Virus record (IMG/VR): IMGVR_UViG_3300036985_003303
Location: 1 to 64,000 of that record
Length of the DNA stretch: 64,000 nucleotides
DNA from: a virus
Strand: one strand, 5' to 3'
Part shown: positions 28,318 through 35,003 of the stretch, one piece after another
Layout of the letters: each line of letters starts with the position of its first letter
Position numbering within the stretch: the first letter of the stretch is position 1
Position numbers and translations under genes: made by a program
The notes under the pieces: model-generated
Seen by the model: the letters and a program-made list of their open reading frames with translations, nothing else
Databases searched by the model: none
What the model was told of the DNA's origin: nothing

Positions 28318-28472
28318 TGAGGCTGAGTACTGGTGTGTGCGAACCGCGTAGTGCCGAAGAATGAGGCTGCTCGCGGTGAGCAAGAGAGAAAGATAGAAAG
28401 AGCGCGCGCAGCGCACCGTTTGAGTGAATGATTGGGAGCTGTTGTGAATACATTTGAGGTGGGAGTGATAGT

Positions 28473-28507
28473 AAAAAAACAGTGGTATCCCCGAAGGGAC
28501 ACCATGT
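28473..28507 (-). terminator. cUUCGg-loop terminator followed by TTACTATCAC
   Basis: TGGT-A-TCCC-CGAA-GGGA-C-ACCA; GTGATAGTAA at 28465-28474. Confidence 0.8.
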
Positions 28508-28509
28508 TA

Positions 28510-28845
28510 TCAACTGTTGAAGTGGTTGATTAGCCGTTGTGTTACTGCTCTGTGTACCATTGCGTGAACAGGACGTTCTACATTGTTGTTAATCATCACA
28601 AGAAAGTCAAACTTCATTGAACCGTCAGGAAGATATTGTTTGTTTAACATAGATACAGCAACATCTATGTTAAACACTTCTTCTAGTTCTTGTTCAACAT
28701 AATCTAATGGTCCGTTGTTGTATTCCTCGTATCTTTCTAAGTTGCACATTAGTTTATACATATCAGATGCAGCTGTTACTGTTGCAGCAATGTTTAGAAA
28801 TCTAGATGCAGCTGACCTACCGATAGTTGTTGTAATAAAATTCAT
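28510..28845 (-). CDS. Early hypothetical protein
   Basis: 111-aa ORF between motif copy 2 and a terminator. Confidence 0.7.
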   Translation of the reverse strand: MNFITTTIGRSAASRFLNIAATVTAASDMYKLMCNLERYEEYNNGPLDYVEQELEEVFNIDVAVSMLNKQYLPDGSMKFDFLVMINNNVERPVHAMVHRAVTQRLINHFNS

Positions 28846-28872
28846 AATATAAGGGTTTTAATTAATTAATAG

Positions 28873-28894
28873 ACCGCAGGGCTAGATTTACATT
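28873..28894 (-). promoter_or_regulatory. 22-nt early motif, copy 2
   Basis: Plus strand ACCGCAGGGCTAGATTTACATT, 28 nt from the 28845 ATG. Confidence 0.6.
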
Positions 28895-28927
28895 TATGCG
28901 CCTGTGTTGTGTTGAGTGATAGTAAAC

Positions 28928-28958
28928 AAAAAAAGGTAAGGGCCGAAGCCCTACCCTT
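28928..28958 (-). terminator. cUUCGg-loop terminator followed by TTACTATCAC
   Basis: AAGGTAAGGGC-CGAA-GCCCTACCCTT; GTGATAGTAA at 28916-28925. Confidence 0.8.
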
Positions 28959-29193
28959 AATATCCTTCTGCATATCTTGCATCAAACATAACTTGTGTAA
29001 CCTCTTCAGGTTCTATGTTTAGATTGAATGCAACTTCATTTACATACTCTTCATTCTCTGGGTTATCCACAGAGTTGACACCATAGGCATCACAATGTTG
29101 ATAAGTAGATTTGCAAGATGCTAATGCATACAATGCTGAGAATGTTATTATTGTCCACAAAAATAACATTCCAAATCCTGATGACTTTTTCAT
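28957..29193 (-). CDS. Putative lipoprotein (YQHCDAYG family)
   Basis: Signal peptide, LAS-C lipobox, CKSTYQHCDAYG. Confidence 0.65.
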   Translation of the reverse strand: MKKSSGFGMLFLWTIITFSALYALASCKSTYQHCDAYGVNSVDNPENEEYVNEVAFNLNIEPEEVTQVMFDARYAEGY

Positions 29194-29199
29194 AAGCTT

Positions 29200-29349
29200 T
29201 TAATTTTTTAAGTTAATTAGTTTGTTGTTTAATGGGACTACCTTGTTAAACCAATAGTCCCGTGCAATTTTGTACCAACCTTTATCCATGTAGTGTTGGT
29301 GTTTATCTAATGCATCTTGAAGTCGCATTAGAAGTTCACGATGAGTCAT
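29200..29349 (-). CDS. 49-aa early protein
   Basis: Hand-translated MTHRELLMRLQDALDKHQHYMDKGW...; packed between neighbours. Confidence 0.5.
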   Translation of the reverse strand: MTHRELLMRLQDALDKHQHYMDKGWYKIARDYWFNKVVPLNNKLINLKN

Positions 29350-29353
29350 GGCT

Positions 29354-29512
29354 TTAGTCTTTAAGAGTTAATACTAAAACAAAACCAAACACTGCAGACA
29401 TAATGCCTGCAAGAATTTGATTACTTAATTGTGGAGCTGTGAATGCCGTTACTCCAAAGGCAATTACTATTAGTGAGTTGAACGCAACCCACGTTATCTT
29501 TTCTGCTTTCAT
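29354..29512 (-). CDS. 52-aa two-TM membrane protein
   Basis: MKAEKITWVAFNSLIVIAFGVTAFTAPQLSNQILAGIMSAVFGFVLVLTLKD. Confidence 0.55.
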   Translation of the reverse strand: MKAEKITWVAFNSLIVIAFGVTAFTAPQLSNQILAGIMSAVFGFVLVLTLKD

Positions 29513-29652
29513 AAGCTTTTAATTTTAAAGACACCTAATTTATGTGTGCCTTGGTTTAACAATTGTTTTTTCTTCCACAAGCACAATGCTTTATTGTAGA
29601 AGTTGAATGACTCCACAACTGTAGAGCCATTCAAATACTGTAGCTGGTACAT
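29509..29652 (-). CDS. 47-aa early protein
   Basis: MYQLQYLNGSTVVESFNFYNKALCLWKKKQL...; overlaps both neighbours. Confidence 0.55.
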   Translation of the reverse strand: MYQLQYLNGSTVVESFNFYNKALCLWKKKQLLNQGTHKLGVFKIKSL

Positions 29653-29762
29653 TACTTCAGTCCGATTAAATCAAACATAAGTAGTGTACCTACTAACAAT
29701 ACCAAAGTAAGAGTGAGTCCTGTCCACAGAACCCACTCTTTTTGTTTTTTCAACAGTCCCAT
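29652..29762 (-). CDS. 36-aa single-TM protein
   Basis: MGLLKKQKEWVLWTGLTLTLVLLVGTLLMFDLIGLK; TAATG overlaps. Confidence 0.5.
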   Translation of the reverse strand: MGLLKKQKEWVLWTGLTLTLVLLVGTLLMFDLIGLK

Positions 29763-29932
29763 TACTTGCGTGTGCAAATTATGATTGAACCTATTGTACC
29801 CCAGCCTAAAAATGACCAGTTAGCAGCCATTAATTGGTCATTGCTATTAGCAATAAACAATCCTACTAAAGACAATGTCATCATAACTAAGCATAAGATA
29901 GTTACGACTGTTGAAAGTGTTAATCTTTTCAT
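29762..29932 (-). CDS. 56-aa two-TM membrane protein
   Basis: MKRLTLSTVVTILCLVMMTLSLVGLFIANSND...GWGTIGSIIICTRK. Confidence 0.55.
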   Translation of the reverse strand: MKRLTLSTVVTILCLVMMTLSLVGLFIANSNDQLMAANWSFLGWGTIGSIIICTRK

Positions 29933-29935
29933 AGC

Positions 29936-30106
29936 TTAGTTTTTAGAATTAAACAATGGAGAGATTATGTTAACCACCATACAAGTCAATGACAAAGTCA
30001 ATGCAGTTATGGACATAACATACTGGTCTGTTGTATCAGACTCAAGCACTTCGATAGTGCTAACGCCACTCATAACAATGAGTAGCAAAGAAAATAAATG
30101 TTTCAT
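29936..30106 (-). CDS. 56-aa hydrophobic early protein
   Basis: MKHLFSLLIVMSGVSTIEVL...; first ORF after motif copy 3. Confidence 0.5.
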   Translation of the reverse strand: MKHLFSLLLIVMSGVSTIEVLESDTTDQYVMSITALTLSLTCMVVNIISPLFNSKN

Positions 30107-30135
30107 AATAATTTTTTTTAAGGGTTTGTCATATG

Positions 30136-30157
30136 ACCGAAGGGCTAAATTTACATT
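30136..30157 (-). promoter_or_regulatory. 22-nt early motif, copy 3
   Basis: Plus strand ACCGAAGGGCTAAATTTACATT, 30 nt from the 30106 ATG. Confidence 0.6.
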
Positions 30158-30360
30158 AAGAGGTGGTCATTCTAGTTGAGTACATACAACATCTAACCAC
30201 TCCTGGTGTGTCTGTGTCTGCTTGTCAGGACATGTGCTTCCGTGTCCTGGTGTGGTGCGAGCTTGCGAGCACAGGCTCTGCTCTCCTCTGCACAGACCTC
30301 TCTCCCCTGGAACTTTTTCTTGGATCCTGTTGTGATTTTTCTTTCGGCTTGAGATTTTAT

Positions 30361-30408
30361 GGGGGGTAGCACCCTCCAGCTGATTGACGGGGGGATAAAG
30401 AACTAGGG
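30361..30408 (+). repeat. G6-N22-G6-N11-GGG motif, copy 1
   Basis: GGGGGG tagcaccctccagctgat TGAC GGGGGG ataaagaac TAGGG. Confidence 0.7.
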
Positions 30409-30500
30409 ATGTTCCCCACATCATTATACATTATATTTTTGATTTACCCACATCATAATACTCTCTGGATCCATATTACCCAAAATTTGTATTTTTGTCT

Positions 30501-30803
30501 ATGGACTATTCAAATATGTGGTGGAATGATGCTATAGAGATTCCTCTAATGGTCAAGCATATGCAGATAATAAAGCATTTTGAAAAGAAGTATGGTGTGG
30601 AAGTTAACAGAGAAATGACTTTTGTAGAATCTAAGTACATAGCAGATGCTATTACACAAATCAAATTTCTAAAAGTTCGGAAGATCATAGATACCAACAA
30701 AGCCTGTACGTTGTTTAGGCTAGTCTGCAGTACGGATCAAGAGAGTAAGCAGATGGGATTAGACCTAATGCAACAGCTCAAGGCCAAGGCTAGAAAAAAA
30801 TAA
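30501..30803 (+). CDS. Hypothetical protein with C-terminal SxDxE motif
   Basis: First plus-strand gene; TATTTTTG box at 30490-30497 immediately before the ATG. Confidence 0.65.
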   Translation: MDYSNMWWNDAIEIPLMVKHMQIIKHFEKKYGVEVNREMTFVESKYIADAITQIKFLKVRKIIDTNKACTLFRLVCSTDQESKQMGLDLMQQLKAKARKK

Positions 30804-30873
30804 GTATGAATTGTTACGGGTTGTATCTTTAAGAGAAAGTTTATTATATTTGTTTTCATAAAACAATCAGATC

Positions 30874-31014
30874 ATGGCAAAAATGGGATTACAAGGATCG
30901 AACACTAGAGTTGCTGTTAAAGTTACTAGGCCTGGTGTTCACGCAAAGACCAAAACTTCAAAGTCTAAGCAAAGCAAGAACTACAAAAAGGCCAACAGAG
31001 GCCAAGGCAGATAA
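30874..31014 (+). CDS. 46-aa Lys/Arg-rich protein
   Basis: MAKMGLQGSNTRVAVKVTRPGVHAKTKTSKSKQSKNYKKANRGQGR; TATATTTG at 30845 upstream, terminator downstream. Confidence 0.7.
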   Translation: MAKMGLQGSNTRVAVKVTRPGVHAKTKTSKSKQSKNYKKANRGQGR

Positions 31015-31066
31015 TATTCCGCTTCTCTCTCCAGGCGGGCTACGGTGTGACCACACAGTTGCACAG

Positions 31067-31102
31067 AACCCTTACGAACTTCTACCCTCGTAAGGGTTTT
31101 TT
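31067..31102 (+). terminator. Intrinsic terminator
   Basis: AACCCTTACGA/TCGTAAGGGTT stem plus T-run. Confidence 0.8.
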
Positions 31103-31125
31103 ATCTTCCTAAATATACTAATATA

Positions 31126-31173
31126 GGGGGGACATCAAAAACCTAGCAATGACGGGGGGTATAGAAGATAGGG
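31126..31173 (+). repeat. G6-N22-G6-N11-GGG motif, copy 2
   Basis: GGGGGG acatcaaaaacctagcaa TGAC GGGGGG tatagaaga TAGGG. Confidence 0.7.
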
Positions 31174-31259
31174 TGCACCCAAATAGGTGCAAAAACACGC
31201 AAATTAAAGAAAAATTGCACCAAAAAGGGTGCATAATCCAATTATCTTTAGTAGATTTG
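31174..31259 (+). promoter_or_regulatory. Two TGCACC-N6-GGTGCA operators and a TAGATTTG -7 box
   Basis: Palindromes at 31174-31191 and 31216-31233 (42 bp apart); TAnnTTTG at 31252-31259. Confidence 0.65.
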
Positions 31260-31263
31260 TGTC

Positions 31264-31488
31264 ATGATAAAAAAATATTTAAAAATTGAACCTGCTGATT
31301 CTAAAAAATATCAGATAAAAGGCGGTGTGAAGGATGAGTTTGGAATAATGACTGGTTTAATAATTAGACCTTCATTTAAAGATAGACTTTGGATTCTATT
31401 AGGTTATGATATTGGTGTGGGTATCACTGTTATTACTGATAAACCAGCCAAACCTATTAGTACAACACACAGTTGTAATTTAATGTAG
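31264..31488 (+). CDS. Small hypothetical protein
   Basis: 74-aa ORF right after a promoter box. Confidence 0.55.
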   Translation: MIKKYLKIEPADSKKYQIKGGVKDEFGIMTGLIIRPSFKDRLWILLGYDIGVGITVITDKPAKPISTTHSCNLM

Positions 31489-31491
31489 GTT

Positions 31492-31986
31492 ATGATAAAG
31501 CCGGTAATTAGGAAAGTTAAGTTAGAACAAGGCATTGCTGATGTTTCTACTGGAGAAATCCTTCCACATTCCACAACCATCAATGTAGTTGACAAAGATC
31601 TAGTGATTGTTCACAGCGATGAGTATGTGATCATAGATAGTTCAGCTCTTCAGTACATTCTTCAGAACTTTAGCCCGGTAGACTACGGCAGGATCTTGAA
31701 AATGGCGGACATGACCAATGGTGTGTACAATATCTTGTACCACAACCGCCAAATTCCGCATACTGACGCTACACTTATGGAGCAATTGCAGTACACGCGC
31801 AACAAGTACGCTGACTTTATGAAGAGGTTGTACCGCAAGAGTGTGATCAGTTACATTCATACTGTTAAAGATGGAAAAGAGATGAAGTACATTATGCTTA
31901 ATCCCAACTTGGCTAGGAAAAGAAAGACAATTGACAAGAATTGTCTAACATATTTTGATGAACTAGGAACTAAAAGCGGGTTATAA
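31492..31986 (+). CDS. RepL-like / winged-HTH DNA-binding protein
   Basis: HTH-like LMEQLQYTRNKYADFMKRLYRKSVI followed by YIMLNPNL as in RepL-type proteins. Confidence 0.5.
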   Translation: MIKPVIRKVKLEQGIADVSTGEILPHSTTINVVDKDLVIVHSDEYVIIDSSALQYILQNFSPVDYGRILKMADMTNGVYNILYHNRQIPHTDATLMEQLQYTRNKYADFMKRLYRKSVISYIHTVKDGKEMKYIMLNPNLARKRKTIDKNCLTYFDELGTKSGL

Positions 31987-32324
31987 TGAAAGGATTACCA
32001 ATAACATCATTTGAGGGAGGAGATATTTTATTTAGTCTGAGCGATATGAATGAACAATGGCTTTATAGAAACGGAGAGTTAGAAAAAATGACAAGTTCCG
32101 CATCTGACTTTGAAATAAGAAAACCTTTGCCAAATGAATTGTTTCTTAAAATGGCAAGATCAACAGGAGATGAAGTAGCTATAAAATTATATCAAGCATT
32201 AGTTGATGAATGGATAACTGAAACGGAGCATGACAGATTTTCAAAAATGTTAGATTCAAGAGATCCTGAAGCGCGCCACTTGGTTAACTTGCTTTTGAAT
32301 AGACGCATAAATGAATTAAAATGA
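31986..32324 (+). CDS. Hypothetical protein with C-terminal SxDxE motif
   Basis: 112-aa ORF; ITETEHDRFSKMLDSRDPEARHLV. Confidence 0.65.
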   Translation: MKGLPITSFEGGDILFSLSDMNEQWLYRNGELEKMTSSASDFEIRKPLPNELFLKMARSTGDEVAIKLYQALVDEWITETEHDRFSKMLDSRDPEARHLVNLLLNRRINELK

Positions 32325-32466
32325 AAGTATTTTACAAAGTTATAAATGGATTTAAAGTTAAATTTTATTGCAGTTATTTCTGTATTGGCATTGGAATGGA
32401 TCAGTTTACTCCAGTTTACCATAGATATATTACTGGACAATCATTGGGACCTGTTAAAAATGAAGT

Positions 32467-32883
32467 ATGTGGATACAAGACGGAAAAGAGTTTACTGAAG
32501 AAATGATTCCAGAAGGAGCAGTCGGTTTTATATATGAAATGATGGCAATCATTGATGGGAAATCGGTTAGATACATTGGTAAGAAGAACTTCTATGCTGA
32601 TGTCAAAACTAAACTGGCTAAGAAAGATATTCCTACAGACAAAAGGTTGAAGACTTACAAACGTGTGAGAAAAACAACCTACAAAAACTATTTCAGTAGC
32701 AATGATGTCTTAAAACAAGCGCACAAAGATGGAGTAGTTATCCGCAGAGAGATATTGCAGATCTGCTTTGGCAAGCAGGAGTTGTCTTACTTTGAATGTA
32801 AGTTTCAATTTGGCTGGGGTGTACTTGAGAGTGATGAGTTTTTGAATGGTAATATATTGGGTAAATTTTATAAACTAAAATAA
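32467..32883 (+). CDS. GIY-YIG-like nuclease
   Basis: GFIY...YIGKK...YFSS...REIL...E...N pattern. Confidence 0.7.
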   Translation: MWIQDGKEFTEEMIPEGAVGFIYEMMAIIDGKSVRYIGKKNFYADVKTKLAKKDIPTDKRLKTYKRVRKTTYKNYFSSNDVLKQAHKDGVVIRREILQICFGKQELSYFECKFQFGWGVLESDEFLNGNILGKFYKLK

Positions 32884-33234
32884 ATGAAAAAAGAAACAAA
32901 GGACATGGGAGAAATCTCTGATGGCTACCACACATTTAATGAGTTGTATGCTTTTCGCAAAATGTACAATGCTGCGGCATTTAATGCTTGGGCTAAAGAA
33001 GGTCTTTATGATGTTCATAAATCCAAATGTCATAGTGATGGACTACCGTGCTTTGGTGGCGGATGGTTTATTGTCATGGCTGTATTGCCAGGTGGACAAG
33101 TAAGTAATCACTATCAATTAGAAGATTGGGATTTGTTCCAGTGTATAGAAGAACCATTTGTGAAATATCACTATGATGGCCATAGTGCGCAAGATGTGTT
33201 GGATCGTTTAGAAGAAGTTTGTAAAATCAATTAA
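32884..33234 (+). CDS. Conserved phage protein (SDGYHTF...DGH type)
   Basis: ISDGYHTFNELY, HSDG, GWFIV, GQVSNHY, WDLF, YDGH. Confidence 0.6.
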   Translation: MKKETKDMGEISDGYHTFNELYAFRKMYNAAAFNAWAKEGLYDVHKSKCHSDGLPCFGGGWFIVMAVLPGGQVSNHYQLEDWDLFQCIEEPFVKYHYDGHSAQDVLDRLEEVCKIN

Positions 33235-33235
33235 A

Positions 33236-33559
33236 ATGGAAAAAAAAACATTGGGTAACACCACAGCAAGTAAAGCTAGAGAGAATGTTAAGGACATTCA
33301 GTTCTGGGGAAATGGAGATACATTTAAACTTATTGCTAAAGCTTCAAGCGTTAATGAGGGTTGGATGAAATCAACTAAAGCAATGCAGGCTGGTTCGTCA
33401 GTTGTTGTACAGGTTACAACCCAACAAAGAAATCCTGATGGATCTTATGCGGTAGCTGAAGCTTTAACAACAGTTCCTAATGCGGAGATCATTGAAAAGG
33501 TAGATGGAGAAACAGGAGAAGTGGTAGACCGCTATATCCAATATAGATTATTCAATTAA
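33236..33559 (+). CDS. Hypothetical phage protein
   Basis: 107-aa ORF, GWMKSTKAM motif. Confidence 0.65.
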   Translation: MEKKTLGNTTASKARENVKDIQFWGNGDTFKLIAKASSVNEGWMKSTKAMQAGSSVVVQVTTQQRNPDGSYAVAEALTTVPNAEIIEKVDGETGEVVDRYIQYRLFN

Positions 33560-33576
33560 ATAAACAAAAAATAGTT

Positions 33577-33858
33577 ATGTTATACCAAGGAAAAATTGTC
33601 ATTTTAGACAAACCGGCTTATGAGCCAAAAATTAAAGGATTAGAACTTAGTCCAGAAGCGCAAGCATCTATGGAAGCTGATCTTGTTAAGCACTACACGC
33701 GACTAACTGTACATGCAGTTGGTGAAGATGTAACTTTCTGTAAGGCAGGAGATGAAGTGTTGGTTACACCTCGTCAATTATCTTACTGTGATGTAGTAGA
33801 TATTGAAGGAAAAACAAAGTTTGTTGCTAAAGAAGCAGATTGCATTGGCAAGTACTAA
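33577..33858 (+). CDS. groES: GroES/Cpn10-like co-chaperonin
   Basis: TVHAVGEDV..CKAGDEV....V.IEG..K...KEADCIG matches the Cpn10 barrel. Confidence 0.7.
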   Translation: MLYQGKIVILDKPAYEPKIKGLELSPEAQASMEADLVKHYTRLTVHAVGEDVTFCKAGDEVLVTPRQLSYCDVVDIEGKTKFVAKEADCIGKY

Positions 33859-33880
33859 TTAGTGTTAAACTATAAATGAA

Positions 33881-33909
33881 AGGTCTTGGTTACTCAAGGC
33901 CTTTTTTTT
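33881..33909 (+). terminator. Intrinsic terminator
   Basis: AGGTCTTG/CAAGGCCT plus T-run; TATATTTG promoter box follows at 33913. Confidence 0.75.
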
Positions 33910-33978
33910 GTTTATATTTGTTGCATAAGAGAAAACTTTTTTGTATATTATATACATTGTTTATTAAAATTAGAGATT

Positions 33979-34437
33979 ATGTCAATTATAAATTCAGACG
34001 GTTTAAATACCAACTGGCAACTTAATGTTTTGAAAGGCCTTCAAGGTATCATAGATGAACTCAATTCAACTATAAATGTTAATGGTAGTGTAAATGCCAA
34101 CATTGTTTCACCATTAGGTATTCGAACAGAAACAGAAAGTGTAAGTGTTGCATTGTCTTCAGAACAATGGAGAGAAATTATTAGACCTGTTTTAATTATA
34201 TCTTCAGGAGATATTCCAACACTCATAACTGCGAAACCTCGTTCTATATCTTTTGCTAGTAATGGTACAGATCCCGCATTAGTATCATTTGATAGCGGTG
34301 CAACTTATGAGCAAATTCCTCCAGGAACTACATTAAACATGGATGCAGGAGGAATTGCCAATTATTATGAAGTTGACACCTTTGGGTATGATACATCAAC
34401 TGATGGAGCTTCTTTGATCATTACATATAATTTATAG
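33979..34437 (+). CDS. Putative virion-associated protein
   Basis: Likely start MSIINSDG at 33979; beta-rich composition. Confidence 0.55.
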   Translation: MSIINSDGLNTNWQLNVLKGLQGIIDELNSTINVNGSVNANIVSPLGIRTETESVSVALSSEQWREIIRPVLIISSGDIPTLITAKPRSISFASNGTDPALVSFDSGATYEQIPPGTTLNMDAGGIANYYEVDTFGYDTSTDGASLIITYNL

Positions 34438-34439
34438 TA

Positions 34440-35003
34440 ATGAGTACTCAAATTCATTTAGACAGGTATTCATCAAATCCTAATGGGTATTTGAGTAGAT
34501 TGTATACACAGAATAACTCTAGTACTCCTGTAACAGCTACGGATGATGAAGGTAGTTTATTAGATGGGGGGTTAGGAACTCTTACTATTCCTGCAAATGG
34601 ATTTCAAAAAGGGGATAGCTTTAAAGGAGTGCTAATAGGTCATTTATCTTGTGTAGGTACAGCTACTTTACAAATTAGAGTTAAAACAGCATCAGGAATA
34701 CCATTAGCTGACACAGGTGCAATGGCAATGAATCTTACTACTAATAAACATTGGAAACTTGATGTTGATTTTACTGTAAGACAAATAGGTGCAGCTACTG
34801 TAGCTTCTATAGCATCAGGAGGATTGTTTGCTTATACCAAAAATTCTGGGTTTAACTTTGAAGGTGTAAATTTCAGCATAGTTAATAATTTAGATTTTGA
34901 CACTACTGTAGATAATACACTTGTTATAACTGCTCAATGGAATACAAATAACGCAGGAAATTCTATTTACTCAGAAATCTTTACATTAAATAAGACATAT
35001 TAA
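34440..35003 (+). CDS. Putative virion-associated protein
   Basis: Gly/Thr/Asn-rich, beta-sandwich-like. Confidence 0.55.
   Translation: MSTQIHLDRYSSNPNGYLSRLYTQNNSSTPVTATDDEGSLLDGGLGTLTIPANGFQKGDSFKGVLIGHLSCVGTATLQIRVKTASGIPLADTGAMAMNLTTNKHWKLDVDFTVRQIGAATVASIASGGLFAYTKNSGFNFEGVNFSIVNNLDFDTTVDNTLVITAQWNTNNAGNSIYSEIFTLNKTY

Noticed and set aside
28155-28513. ORFs 28155+, 28187- and 28311- in the second GC block
   Set aside because: They run through a terminator and motif sites and have atypical Ser/Leu/Arg composition.
30361-31173. G-quadruplex as the explanation for the G6 motifs
   Set aside because: Only three G-tracts per copy with 22- and 11-nt loops. Fixed spacing fits protein recognition better, though an intermolecular G4 is not excluded.
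32321-32506. 61-aa ORF as a real gene
   Set aside because: Atypical composition and overlap with the GIY-YIG start; could be real but unsupported.
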